In this document: one piece after another, positions 12,413-24,215 of the stretch
Position numbering within the stretch: position 1 is the first letter of the stretch
Layout of the letters: every line of letters begins with the position of its first letter
Assembly (NCBI GenBank): GCA_964016885.1
Contig: OZ024741.1
Location: 199,082,001 to 199,146,000, forward strand
Reading direction: 5' to 3'
From: Eledone cirrhosa
Lineage: Eukaryota
Length of the DNA stretch: 64,000 nucleotides
Made by a program: the position numbers and the translations under genes
Notes under the pieces: generated by a model
Database searches by the model: none
What the model saw: the letters and a program-made list of their open reading frames with translations, nothing else
Told to the model about the DNA's origin: nothing

Positions 12413-12596
12413 GAAGGAGGTGTGATAAGGAACCAGATGGACCATAACGCACCAGAGTACTCAATACTGTGGGTAATAGGAAAATGTTTAACCCCGACGG
12501 CTGACCTCAAGCCGTTTTGACGGCTATTTCCGGACTGTCCAGAAATAGCCGTCAAAACGGCTTGAGCTCTGCCGTCGGAGTTAAACATTTTCCTAT
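12411..12596 (-). mobile_element. Non-autonomous fold-back element in (TA)n (probably derived from a Penelope pseudo-LTR)
   Basis: ~55-bp-arm hairpin at 12476-12596 plus a conserved tail shared with 12631-12826 and 35095-35297. Confidence 0.65.
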
Positions 12597-12630
12597 ATAT
12601 ATATGTATATATATATGTGTGTATATATAT

Positions 12631-12826
12631 ATATGAAAAGATCACGGACCCTGATGGCTGAGCTCCGGCCATTTCAACAACTAGATCCAAATGTTCAGAT
12701 CTAGCTGTCGAAATGGCCGGAGATCCAGGGTCCTGAATCTTTTCATATTACCCACTCTACTAACCCAAGTATCGAGTACTCTGGTGTGTTATGGTCCACC
12801 TAGTATCTTACCACACCCTCTTTGTT
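12631..12826 (+). mobile_element. Related fold-back element, opposite orientation
   Basis: Hairpin 12631-12748; tail ...gagtactctggtgtgttatggtcca... is the reverse complement of the 12411-12475 and 35095-35172 segments. Confidence 0.65.
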
Positions 12827-12990
12827 ATATATCATATCATATATATATATCATATATAGTTGCTAATTGCTCATCTGTAAGAGTTGTGTAATGACTTTTA
12901 ATTGATAAACCGGTATAACCAGGTAAGAGAGCTCCATGTCAGTGTATCTATCCATCTTAAAGGTGGTTATCAAACGTAAGGGAGTTACTA

Positions 12991-13286
12991 TGTATGAAAT
13001 AAACATTAAGACAGAAGTTACATGATTGTATCTATTAATTATACGTATTTCTGTGACACCAGCATGGGACTGTTATGCAATCATTACAACAGCGACCTGC
13101 TCCGAACATGTCCTCCAGACTTTTGCAAACATGGTCGTGTTAGCCTATAACACATCAACCATTTCATATTTGTGTTAACACCTGATGATGTTACACTGGT
13201 GGAGGTTGCTGTTGTAACGATTGCATAACAACCCCATGATTAATAAATATGATTATGTAACTTCTGTCTTAACATTTATTTCATAT
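12991..13286. mobile_element. Fold-back element with nested imperfect inverted repeats
   Basis: atgaaataaacattaagacagaagttacat / atgtaacttctgtcttaacatttatttcat and tgttatgcaatcattacaacagc / gctgttgtaacgattgcataaca; an isolated CTGATGA near 13182. Confidence 0.6.
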
Positions 13287-13763
13287 ATATACATATATAT
13301 ATATGTATATATATATATATATGTATGTATATATGTATGTATATATATGTATATATATATGTATATATATAGATATAGATAGGTAATTATACACGGGTGT
13401 GTATGATTGTGTATAGAAGATTATATTAATAAGAGGAATTCCAACTTTGTCTGATTTACTCGTTTTATTTACAATCCTTTAAAATATATATAATGGTAAT
13501 GCTAACAGGAAGAAAAATAATATACAGAATACCAAAAATAGGACAAAATACATAACGAAACCAAATATAATATCACGACCAAAAGTTCATCAAGCGAACA
13601 CCAACAGGAATATAAATCCTGAACAGAGAAAAATTCATTTTTTAACGTCAGGACAACAAAAACCGGAAAAAGAAAAACTCCAGGAGGAAACATACCCAAA
13701 ACAGCTGTACACGTAGATCCTAAAATAATTAATTTATCTAAAAGAGATCTTGACAATGATGAA

Positions 13764-15950
13764 ATGCAAATTCTGTCAAAAGGACTGAAATTCACACCGA
13801 CTCCAACAGTCAACCACCAAGAACTGAAGGAGGATACCCAAGAATTCTGTCGAAAATTACGTCTTGTAGAATTCTTCGCTGATAAAAATAATGAGAGTGA
13901 TGAATCACTAGTAAAGAATAAATCAAATTTCACTCCGCCAAAAGGAAGAAATATCTATCTCGACCAATACATTGACATCCTGTCTAAATTTCCTCTTAGA
14001 CATAATACTAATGTTAGGCCAAACATTAACGAATCAGAAATGTCTGCACTTAAACGTATACAAAATGATAAAACAATAATAATTAAACAAGCAGATAAAG
14101 GGGGTGCAGTTGTTATAATGGATACTGAATACTACAAGGATTTGGTTGAGGAACAACTGAAAGACACAACATTCTATCATGAAATACCGTCAAATATAGA
14201 CCACAACATCATGAAGAAGATCAACAACCTGGCTTCAAAATACCACAACTCATTTACTGATAAGGAAAGAGACTACATCACCAATTTTGAGCCGAAACCC
14301 AGCAACCTGTATGGCCTACCGAAAGTTCACAAGTCAAAAGAAATACAACTGGCAGTAAGAGAACAAAACAGTGAGTACATTAAATTATTACACCCAAAAG
14401 ACTTAAAACTTAGACCTATTATAGCTGGTCCAACATGCCCCACTCACCGTCTAAGCAATTTTGTTGACATTATTTTGAAACCACTATGTATTCACATACC
14501 CAGTTTCATCCGGGATGATATCGACTTCCTGTCCCATCTTCCCCAAACCACGGAAACGAATTCACTTCTACTCAGTTTTGATGTGGTAAGCCTTTACACC
14601 AATATTACACATGATTTAGGAATAAAGGCGGTTAAATACTGGGTGGAAAAACATAGAGAAGTGATTCCCATTAGATTCACAGCGCCATTTATATTAGACG
14701 CAGTTAAACTTATTCTGGAAAACAACACTTTCTTCTTCAATGGAAAGAATTACATCCAAATTAGAGGCACAGCGATGGGAATGAAGTTTGCTCCCTTTTA
14801 CGCGAACTCTGTAATGGGATACTTAGAACAACAACTCTACCAAGAAATAGAGGAAAAATATAGTACTGACTTTAGAAAGTACATTGAAAAATCTTGGAAG
14901 AGATACCTTGACGACTGTTTCATCATCTGGACAGAATCTCTAGATACTCTGGATGAGTTCAATATCCTCCTGAATAACCTACACCCATCTCTCCAATTCA
15001 CAAAAGAGATGAGTAGGACCAAATTACCATTCCTAGATATAATGATAATCAAAAACGACACCACCATTACCACGGATATATATTATAAACACACAGACAC
15101 CCATCAATATCTGAATTTTAAGTCGTGCCATCCACCTCATACAAAACGCAACATCCCATACTGCCTATCCAGAAGAATTTGTACCATTGTAGAAGATACG
15201 AATACCAGGTACAAACGCCTAACAGAACTAAGAGAATTTTTGCTCAAACAAAAATACCCATCTCTACTTATAGAAAATGGCATACAGCGGGCTATAAAAA
15301 TACCTCTACAACAACTTAGGACAACCCAAGGAAGAAGAAACCAAGAACTGGTCATACCATTTATAATGACACACAACCCATGTCACCAGAATATATTCAA
15401 CACTGCCAAAGCAAACCTACCGATCATTGCTCAAAGTAATGAATTAAAAGGCTTAATCACAGATCGATCTTTGACTCTTAGTAAAAGACAGCCAAAAAAT
15501 TTGAAGCAATTGCTAACAAAAGCAAAGTTTGACCTTAACAACAAAGACCAATCATTCACTGTATCTAAATGCAATGATAATCGATGCGGCACATGTCAAT
15601 CCATACACGCCGGTCAATATATGAAAACAAAAACTGGAAAAATATTCCCAAATGCAAATATGAACTGCAAAAGCAGAAATCTAATTTACTGCATTAAATG
15701 CCCGAATTGTGAAGAACTATATGTCGGTCAAACTGGAAATGCACTATCGGAACGTGCACGGGTACACCGTCAACAAATCAGAAACCCAAATGTCCGTCAG
15801 ATACCCCTAAGCGGCCACCTGGCAACATGTGGTCAGGGAATATTTATAATATTCCCATTCTACAAATTACACAGCCCAAGTGAAATCAAGAGAAAAATCA
15901 AAGAAAAGAATTTTATTGATAAATTCAAACCCAAGCTAAATGAACAATAA
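13764..15950 (+). CDS. Penelope-type reverse transcriptase with GIY-YIG endonuclease (728 aa from the first Met; frame open from 13623)
   Basis: NLS...LSKGLKFTP N-terminal motif, ADKGG, LYGLPKVHK, LRPII, FDVVSLYT, GTAMG, RYLDD, LPFLD, a Cys-rich linker and IYCIKC...YVGQT...R...H. Confidence 0.95.
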   Translation: MQILSKGLKFTPTPTVNHQELKEDTQEFCRKLRLVEFFADKNNESDESLVKNKSNFTPPKGRNIYLDQYIDILSKFPLRHNTNVRPNINESEMSALKRIQNDKTIIIKQADKGGAVVIMDTEYYKDLVEEQLKDTTFYHEIPSNIDHNIMKKINNLASKYHNSFTDKERDYITNFEPKPSNLYGLPKVHKSKEIQLAVREQNSEYIKLLHPKDLKLRPIIAGPTCPTHRLSNFVDIILKPLCIHIPSFIRDDIDFLSHLPQTTETNSLLLSFDVVSLYTNITHDLGIKAVKYWVEKHREVIPIRFTAPFILDAVKLILENNTFFFNGKNYIQIRGTAMGMKFAPFYANSVMGYLEQQLYQEIEEKYSTDFRKYIEKSWKRYLDDCFIIWTESLDTLDEFNILLNNLHPSLQFTKEMSRTKLPFLDIMIIKNDTTITTDIYYKHTDTHQYLNFKSCHPPHTKRNIPYCLSRRICTIVEDTNTRYKRLTELREFLLKQKYPSLLIENGIQRAIKIPLQQLRTTQGRRNQELVIPFIMTHNPCHQNIFNTAKANLPIIAQSNELKGLITDRSLTLSKRQPKNLKQLLTKAKFDLNNKDQSFTVSKCNDNRCGTCQSIHAGQYMKTKTGKIFPNANMNCKSRNLIYCIKCPNCEELYVGQTGNALSERARVHRQQIRNPNVRQIPLSGHLATCGQGIFIIFPFYKLHSPSEIKRKIKEKNFIDKFKPKLNEQ

Positions 15951-16327
15951 TAACGCCTAGGGGTATTACTTCTACTACCACTATGACCACGACCACTAAC
16001 AACAACAACAACAACAACAATAATAATAATAATAAAAGTGATGTTGATGGTGATGATTAATAGAAAATGCTATTTTCATCATTTCAAAAAGCAAAACAAT
16101 TGATACGTTGGGTATGACTATTGGTCGTTAGCATGCTCAACCAGCCGTGACGCTTAAACCAATCAGCTGTAGTAATTCAGTGAAGCTACACACTGATTGG
16201 TCGAAATACAGTTTACAGGGCTTTGCATTCTGGAGCCACTTTTCTCTGTATAAAATGTATAAAAGGTAGGAAATTTACCCATCTCATTACAGTTGAAAAT
16301 TGCAAACTCGACTGTCAGCACATATCA

Positions 16328-16366
16328 TGAACCTGAAGATTGCGAAAGCATGAAAGTACTTGTTCA
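16328..16366 (+). ncRNA. Minimal type I hammerhead ribozyme in the Penelope 3' pseudo-LTR
   Basis: TGAAC-CTGAAGA-T-TGC gaaa GCA-T-GAAA-GTAC-TT-GTTCA: stem I TGAAC/GTTCA, palindromic stem III AGTACT. Confidence 0.75.
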
Positions 16367-16490
16367 ATTAACACTTAGAATTTAATATTCTATCATACTA
16401 TTTCATTATAATACCATTATATATATTTTAAAGGATTGTAAATAAAACGAGTAAATCAGACAAAGTTGGAATTCCTCTTATTAATATATG

Positions 16491-16522
<32 letters not shown>

Positions 16523-16524
16523 TA

Positions 16525-16861
16525 CACTTTTACCTGTTTCAGCCATCCGGCTGAGGCCATGCTGGGGCACCACCCTTGTTGCTACACACCCCATCTCCAG
16601 CCTGTACAGGTTGGCCACTGGTGTAAGAGGGAGTTTGTTGCTGCTGCCCTTAGGTTTCCCTCGTGTCTTGCTGTGGGCTCATCCGGGATCCTGGATAACA
16701 AGGTGTCGAGATGTTTCTTGAAGACATCCACCTCCACGTCATGCAAGTCTCTCAGATCCCTCGGCAGGCTGTTGAAGAGTTGAGGGCCCTTGAATCCCAG
16801 GCTATTGCAATACCTGCTCCTTATTCTAGACGTGGAAGACAGGACCTTTGGCACCACACAG

Positions 16862-16862
<1 letters not shown>
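16525..16862 (-). mobile_element. CR1/L2-group LINE 3' fragment (second copy at ~18570-18890)
   Basis: [13 protein letters not shown]...[16 protein letters not shown], a LINE ORF2 C-terminal motif. Confidence 0.75.
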
Positions 16863-17081
<219 letters not shown>

Positions 17082-17235
17082 TAGAAGCTCTAATATGATG
17101 TGATATCAGAATAGAGGTGTTGGCCCTGTAAGGTGGCCGTGCTGTAGTATTTCATGGAATCAATTTTCTTATGTGAATTGCTGTTTTGGTTGCATGTGTG
17201 TGTGTGTGGGTGTGTCAAGTATTGCTTGCTGAGTT

Positions 17236-17760
17236 CTAATCTGTTATTATTTGTAGGTTGAGTCTACATACGAGCAAGGCTTCCTTAATTCTTAAATTGC
17301 CCACATTTCTCTCTCTGGCTTCAATACTGACAGTTATATTTTTGTTGGTGTGTCTGCATTTGTCAATGTGTTTTTTGAATGAGGATGCGTGTGTGTTGAG
17401 GTGTCCTGTAATGCGAGTATTGAGTAGTTCAGTCATGCTACCAATGTAGAACTCCTTACATTTGCTGCATTCAGTCCGGTATGGCACATGCCTATGTTGC
17501 AGATAGGGCAGCTAGTCAGTGAGCATTGGTTGTTGTTGTCTCCGGATTGCTTTTTAGACAGATATCCATGCAGTGAAGGGCCGGAGTGTGCTAATTGTAT
17601 GTCCAGTCCTTCTTTGCAGATAGCTCTGCAGATAGCTGTGGTTATGCTTTCGCTGAAGTGTGGCATTCTCATGAAGCAGGTGTTAGGGGAGGTCTTATGC
17701 CTGTGGCGCCTTCGATTTCTAAGTGGATGTTGGGTATCTGTTCGTCTTCAGTACATCGAT
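17236..17760 (-). mobile_element. Degenerate Penelope-like GIY-YIG fragment (different family)
   Basis: Frameshifted ORFs ...CSLTSCPIC..., YRTECSKCKEFYIGS...LNTRITGH...LRIKEAL. Confidence 0.75.
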
Positions 17761-18220
17761 GAAGTGTGCAGTGTGAGTGATTTGGTGCTCTGTCTTGCAT
17801 TTATTCCAGATATGCGTAAGTTTATTTCTTATGTATTTGGTTTTAGCACCAAGGGGAAGGGCTAATCTATAATGCACAAACACATCTCTCATGGTGGCTT
17901 TTCTATAGAGGTTGGCGCATATAGCGCCTTCTGTTATTCTAAATAAATACTAAATCGGCAAATGACGTCATTCTTGTGAATAGCAAAATAACCATAAAAC
18001 AACACTTGAAAACAATTTAAGAAATTTAAATCTAAATTTAATCCCAGAGAGAAAAAAATGGGAACATTATTCTCTGAGAGTTCCTTAGAGGAATTTTAAG
18101 AAGGGAATTTTAAGCCTTGAAATATTAGGATGAAAGAAACAACAGCAACAACAAAAAACAAAACAAAACAAAACAAAGATTACCAGCTAACTTACTTTTT
18201 TGTTACCTTCATCTTACAGT

Positions 18221-18275
<55 letters not shown>

Positions 18276-18413
18276 CATGCACATGTATGTATATTGTTAT
18301 ACTTTTGGAGGGTTATGCTGCCAATAAAAACACACACACCTGTTAGTTTTCACTTCAATTTATTACAAATTTCCAGTTGGTTGGTTTAATAACTGGATGG
18401 TTGTTTATTTATT

Positions 18414-18456
18414 GTCAAAGCTCTTTCATCTCACATTCTATGACCTCCTCAGTGAC
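18414..18456 (-). ncRNA. Hammerhead ribozyme motif within a repeat (related segments at ~58920-59100 and ~61200-61330)
   Basis: Reverse complement GTCA-CTGAGGA-ggtcatagaatgtgagat-GAAA-GAGC-TT-TGAC; stem I GTCA/TGAC; stem II weak. Confidence 0.55.
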
Positions 18457-19401
18457 TAATTTGTTATTTTGTGTGTCTCTTTTGTTCTGTCCTGCACCAT
18501 CTTATTTTTGTGTGTTGTGTGCTGTGTACTTGGGTTGCGCTTGCATTATATTCAGGTGTTACTCTTTTACTCTTTTACCTGTTCCTGCCATCCAACTGAG
18601 ACCATGCTGGGGCACCACCCTTGTTACTACACGTTCTATATCCAGCTTGTGTTGGCTGGCCTTTGGTGTAGGCGGGAGTTCATTGCTGCTGCCCTTAGGT
18701 TAGCTTTGTTCCATGCTGTAGGCTCATCTGGGATCCTGGATATCAGAGTGTCAAAATGTTTCTTGAAAACATCTGGCCCACACCATGCAGATCTCTTGAT
18801 TTTCTTGGCAGCTTATTGAAACCCAGGCTATTGCAATATCTGCTCCTTATTCTAGATGTGAAAGAAGGAACCTTTGGTATCACACAGTGATGTCTTATTT
18901 GGCTTTTTTAATTAATTTATTTATTTCTATGTTTATTTACTTGTCACTAGTTGGTTGCTTGTTCTATGTGTATGTGTCTGATTTATTCTATTAGTTTGGT
19001 GCTTATGTGTATTTATTTGTCCTTAATTACTAGTTGTGATGTTGCTAAGCCACTCATGTTTTCTGTTTAATTTTGGTTGGAGTTTGTTTATGTTTGTCAC
19101 TTCTGTAGTCTTCCAGAGCTTTGTGTCTTTTCTGTGTGTGGATAGAATTTTTATTTCTATGTTCTTTAGTGTGCCCCTTGTTCCATTTTGGCATGTTGGT
19201 GGAATACTGATGAGTTTTTCCTATCTTGGAGTTCTCTCCAGTGTTCATTACAAACTATATATATACACATGCACACATGCACACACATGCGTGCACACAC
19301 ACACAAACACACACACACACACTGTACAATTTATTGAAATGTTGCTGCTTTATTTTTTGTGAGATTGTTACCTGACTTTGTTTTTCTTTAAATAAATTCA
19401 G

Positions 19402-19416
19402 GAAACATGTGATAAG
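19402..19416 (+). CDS. Candidate 15-nt in-frame microexon of the myosin gene (ETCDK)
   Basis: CTGAC branch site (19372-19376), pyrimidine tract, then cag|GAAACATGTGATAAG|gtgagt; phase 0/0 matches the host intron. Confidence 0.45.
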
Positions 19417-19607
19417 GTGAGTCCTCCATATTCACTGCCACACCTATATCAATTAGGCACTTGTATTCATTACCTTTGACCCCTAAAGCACATTTTTATG
19501 TAACCTTTGCCCATGACTTAATTACTTCTGTACAGGGTTAATGAAAATCATCTATGAATTATTTTACTCTAAAACTAGCTTTTAAATTCTTAATGCCAAA
19601 TTGTGTA

Positions 19608-19647
<40 letters not shown>

Positions 19648-19731
19648 AAGTTATATTTAAAATTGTTGGGTTACAACTAGTAAATATTTATAACTGATAT
19701 AAAAGCACTCGACAAATATTTGGAGTATATT

Positions 19732-20080
19732 TACAATATTAAATAAATGGAAAACTATATTTATAAAACCATATTTATTTCATTATATATATTTCGGGGA
19801 TATCATATTAACAATATGCTATGCCTTCATCAGACAAAATACAATATAAACAGTTTTATAGATAAATAGATTCGACATACCGTAATAACACCGACTTCAC
19901 AGCGTAAACCTCTTCAAATGAAGTCGGTGTTATTACGGTATGTCGAATCTATTTATCTATAAAACTGTTTATATTGTATTTTGTCTGATGAAGGCATAGC
20001 ATATTGTTAATATGATATCCCCGAAATATATATAATGAAATAAATATGGTTTTATAAATATAGTTTTCCATTTATTTAAT

Positions 20081-20086
<6 letters not shown>
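19732..20086. repeat. Perfect 168-bp inverted repeat with a 19-nt spacer; each arm carries a hammerhead core
   Basis: 19732-19899 reads as the reverse complement of 19919-20086; CTGATGA at 19985-19991 and GAAA at 20023-20026. Confidence 0.92.
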
Positions 20087-20115
<29 letters not shown>

Positions 20116-20211
20116 TTAAATTTGGTGGTTCACCACTGGGTAGAATTGGTCTCATTCAAACTGTCCGGCCTCCTGTTATTTTACTTTATAATATATATAT
20201 ATATATATATG

Positions 20212-21845
20212 TAAAGTGGTCGTGTAGGGTCACAACAAAAAGCAACCAGCCCACACTGTAAAGTGGTCATGTAGGAGTCATGACCAAAAGCCCCCAGCAC
20301 TCACTGTAAATGTGGTTGGCGTTAGGAAGGGCACCCAGCCTTAGAAACCAAGCCAGAAAAAGTTCTCTGTGAGCAAATCAGTCACCTGACCCAACTTGCC
20401 TCAAACAGGAAAACATGTCTAACCCATGCTAGCATGGAAATATGGATGTTAAACAGTGATGATGATGTTGAAAACATCTGGAATGGTGGGACGCACCATG
20501 GTCACCTGGATAGTAAACCAAGTAATACAGAATGGAGTCATAGCAAATGACTGGCATAGCAGCAGCATCGTTAATTGCTACAAGGGCAAAAAAGAGGCTC
20601 TAGTTAGGGGAAACTATGGAGGCATTAAGTTAGTTGACCAGGTCATGAATATCACAGAAAGAGTTATCGCACAGCTGATTAGGGACCGAATTGATCTAGA
20701 TGAAATGCAGTTTGGATAAAAGTACCACAGATGCTCTGTTCCTCATAAGGCAACTACAGGAGAAGTACCTAGCTAAAAGTAAACTCCTCTACTTGGCTTT
20801 TGTTGACTTGGAGAAAGCTTTTGACAGAGTCCCCTGCTCCATTATCTGGTGGGCTCTTAGAAAATTAGGAGTAGATGAGTGGCTTGTGAAAGCTATAAAA
20901 GCCATGTATAGAGGAACAGTCAGCAAGGTTAGAATTAACAATGACTATAGTGAAGAATTTAGTGTAAAGGTAGGTGTTCACCAAGGCTCCATCCTTAGCT
21001 CCCTCCTGTTTAATATTACCCTACAACAGAAGAGTTTAAGACTGGCTACCCCTGGGAACATCTGTATGCAGATAATCTAACTTTCATAGCTGAATCTATG
21101 GCAGAACTAGAGAAGAAATTCCAAACCTAGAAGCATGGCCTAGAATTAAAAGGCCTTAAAGTTAACTTGTCTAAGACTAAAGTTCCAGTATGTAGAAAGG
21201 AAAATAGGGCACAGATTGCCTCTGTGAAATGACTTTGCTCAGTGTGCAGGAAAGGAGTAGGTAGAAATTCCATTCTATGTCCCAAATGAAAGCTATGGGT
21301 ACATAAAAGATGTAGTGGGATCACAGACAAGCTATCATAGAATGTAGGCTTTATATGTGGCTGATGCTCAGGTACAGTAAGTAGCAAGTGCCCACAGGAT
21401 ACTAGTTCTTTCAAATGACCAGATAGTGTTATAGAGATAGTCGACTCTGTTACCTGGGTGACAAAAATCCAGCAGTGGAGGAGGCTGTTCTGAAAGTACA
21501 GTAGCCAGAATACGAACGGGATGGAAAAAGTTCAGAGAGCTTACACCCCTACACATTCCTCCCACTTCTTTTCACATCACCCTTACTCTGTCAAGTTATG
21601 TTGGTGTCACAAAAATATCCAGCCCACACTGTAAAGTGGTCATGTATAAGACACGGCAAAAAGCACTCAGCACACACTGTAAATGTGGTTGACGTTAGGA
21701 AGAGCATCCAGCCATAGAAAACCAGCCAGAAACAGTTCTATATGAGCAAGACACGGTCACCCAACTCAACTTGCCTCTAATGGGACAAACCCGTCTAACC
21801 CATGCTAGCGTGGAAAATAGATGTTAAACAATGATGATGATGATA
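20212..21845 (+). mobile_element. RTE-clade LINE RT fragment (stops and frameshifts) flanked by RTE-tail SINE-like pieces
   Basis: YKGK...NY.GIKL, EMQFG, AFVDLEKAFDRVP, GVHQGSILS; (GAT)n-tailed segments at 20212-20467 and 21600-21845. Confidence 0.85.
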
Positions 21846-22385
21846 TATATAATGCCAGATCAGCGCTACTGGTAACATGTAACCCAGTACAACCTGTGCA
21901 TGGTCAGTTCGTTGGCGACTAAACCAGCAACCCCACCAAGCTTGCTTGGTGAGGAAGGTGATTTTAAAACCCTGTGAGATGAGAAACAAAACCTGTCAAA
22001 GGGCAGAGTAACTCAGGAGAGTCAACGGCCATCCAATAAAGTATTTTGTTTTGTGGAGCGGGAGACTCGTAGTCTTCATTAAGACATCTCTCTAGGAGAA
22101 GGTCACTCTGATATAAAACCTGCAACTTTGTTTGCATCCAATGATGTAGACCAATTCTACTTTTTGGGTAAAAGCATTCAATGTTCAGAGAGTAGGATTG
22201 GCCCTGTGCAAAGCCTTTCTTCACTTAAAAAGGCTTGAAGCACAGGCATCACTTTTTATGTGACACTTTTTGCAATGCATGGCATGCTGGCCATAGGCAA
22301 ATCCCTAGCAAGACTAAAGAGCCACGTCCGTGATGTTCATGCTTAAGTATCAAGCAATGAAATTACATGCAATTTAGTTGCAGCC

Positions 22386-22429
<44 letters not shown>

Positions 22430-23987
22430 ATAATAATAATATAATAATATTAATGGGAGTAAGTATACTAATTTACTAGGTGTTTTTTTAGCTCAGTGCA
22501 ATGATGGTCATGCAGAGCTGTTATATATTTATAGTTTATATATAAACCAAAGAATTAAGGCATTTATAAACTGACAATTATTTCTACCCAGGTTTTGTTA
22601 CCTATAGTGAATTATTTTATTTTAGTTAATAATTCGCAACTTGTATAGACCACTGGTGTCATTGGAGTTTATTTAAATGCTGATATAATTTACTCCAAAT
22701 AATGTTTAGAACAGAAAATACATGAATTACTCATTATATATATATACACATGTATAAATATATCATCATGATCAACCCATGAATAAAAGTGAAAATATCA
22801 ACAAACTCTAAGGTAGATATTCAGTCACATGTAATCCGTGCTCTTATCTTACACAAACAGGGGAATATTTCCCTTTTCCCACTAAAATTTACAATATAAA
22901 TGTTTATTTTCTATACTTAATATTCATGCACATCATCATGAATACATCATGTGACTCATATAAATCAGCTTAGTTACACAGTGTAGACATAGTCATGCAA
23001 ATATTTAGCTATCCCTATCATTCTACAATATCCCCTCTTATTTTTATGTATAAATATGAATTGGCTCCCTTAGAATATTATTAAATTATAAATAATATGA
23101 ATCCCGCAGAGATAACTTTGCCTTTCATCTTTTAGAAGTCAATAAAAAAAGCTTTTCTCTCTTCCTCTCTCTCACACTGAGCATTCCACATTCTTAACCT
23201 AATTCTCAAAGAGATTCAAGGTGTCACATGACTGGTCATTTCGGTTTACTAGTACACTCCATCCAACTGGCTTCCAAGCAGATTCTGCCTACCCAATTTC
23301 TCTTACATGGCTTGGGTGTATCTAAGGCTGTGAGATACTCTGCAGTGGAATGGCACAAAGAACCTTATGATTGTGAACTGAACTTTTGGGCATATTACAC
23401 TCATTACTAGACAGTCCTTAATTGTTTAATATTGTTTATTTAAAAAGGAGTAGTTGATTGGCAGAATTGATAGAGCATCAGATAAAATGCCATTGCAGTA
23501 TTTGTTCTGGCTTTTTACATTCTAAGTTCAAATCCCACCGAGATCAAATTTGTCTTCCATCCTTCCGGAGTTGATAAAATATAGTACCAGTCAAAAACTG
23601 GTACTGTTCCTCAAAATGTGCTGGGTTGTTAGAAATCAATATTATTGTTTATATAAAAGAAATAAATTTATGGAAAGTAGAAACTAGTATTGCTTATATA
23701 AAAAAACTTTCAACCATTATCATTTCTCAGTTTGAAAAACTCCATAAAATGGATGTTGAGAGAGAAGAGAGAGAGAGAGACACACAGAATTTTTACTGCA
23801 CTACTTTGTGAAGTATGTCATTATTTATATGCAGTGAGTTACATAAAAGACCTGTGGAAATTTGTAATGATAGCATATTAAACTAAAGTTATAGCCATCA
23901 TCAACAAATTTGTCCTTGAACAACTCGGGTAATAATATAATTCAGTTTAAGGATTAATTTTTTAGGTTTCCATTAAATCAATGTTAA

Positions 23988-24215
23988 CCCTTTTGATAGC
24001 AATCTGTCAAAATTGTCTATTTTGAAAAGTTAATCCTTACATTAAATCTTTCCAACATAATTCTATTTAAGAAATTTTAAAGTAATGTTCAAAATATCAG
24101 CTTACTAATGAAAAAGCTAGTTATTTTACTAAATTCTTCCTAATTTTGGGTTATTTTCAAATTTAATTGAAATACATAGGCAGTGTATTTCATTAGAAAT
24201 ACAGTAATGGAAGGG
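23988..24215 (+). mobile_element. piggyBac-type MITE (family A)
   Basis: TTAA|CCCTT...AAGGG|TTAA ends; related copies at ~3783-4030, 5585-5778, 7003-7503, 26930-27180(-), 44127-44330(-), 46512-46765, 47009-47252, 52736-52900(-) and 53535-53700. Confidence 0.8.

Larger units (their letters stand above)
13422..16488 (+). mobile_element. Penelope-like retroelement (EN+) with 77-bp terminal inverted repeats, beside (TA)n tracts
   Basis: 13422-13498 is the exact reverse complement of 16412-16488; encloses an RT + GIY-YIG ORF and a 3' hammerhead. Confidence 0.92.
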
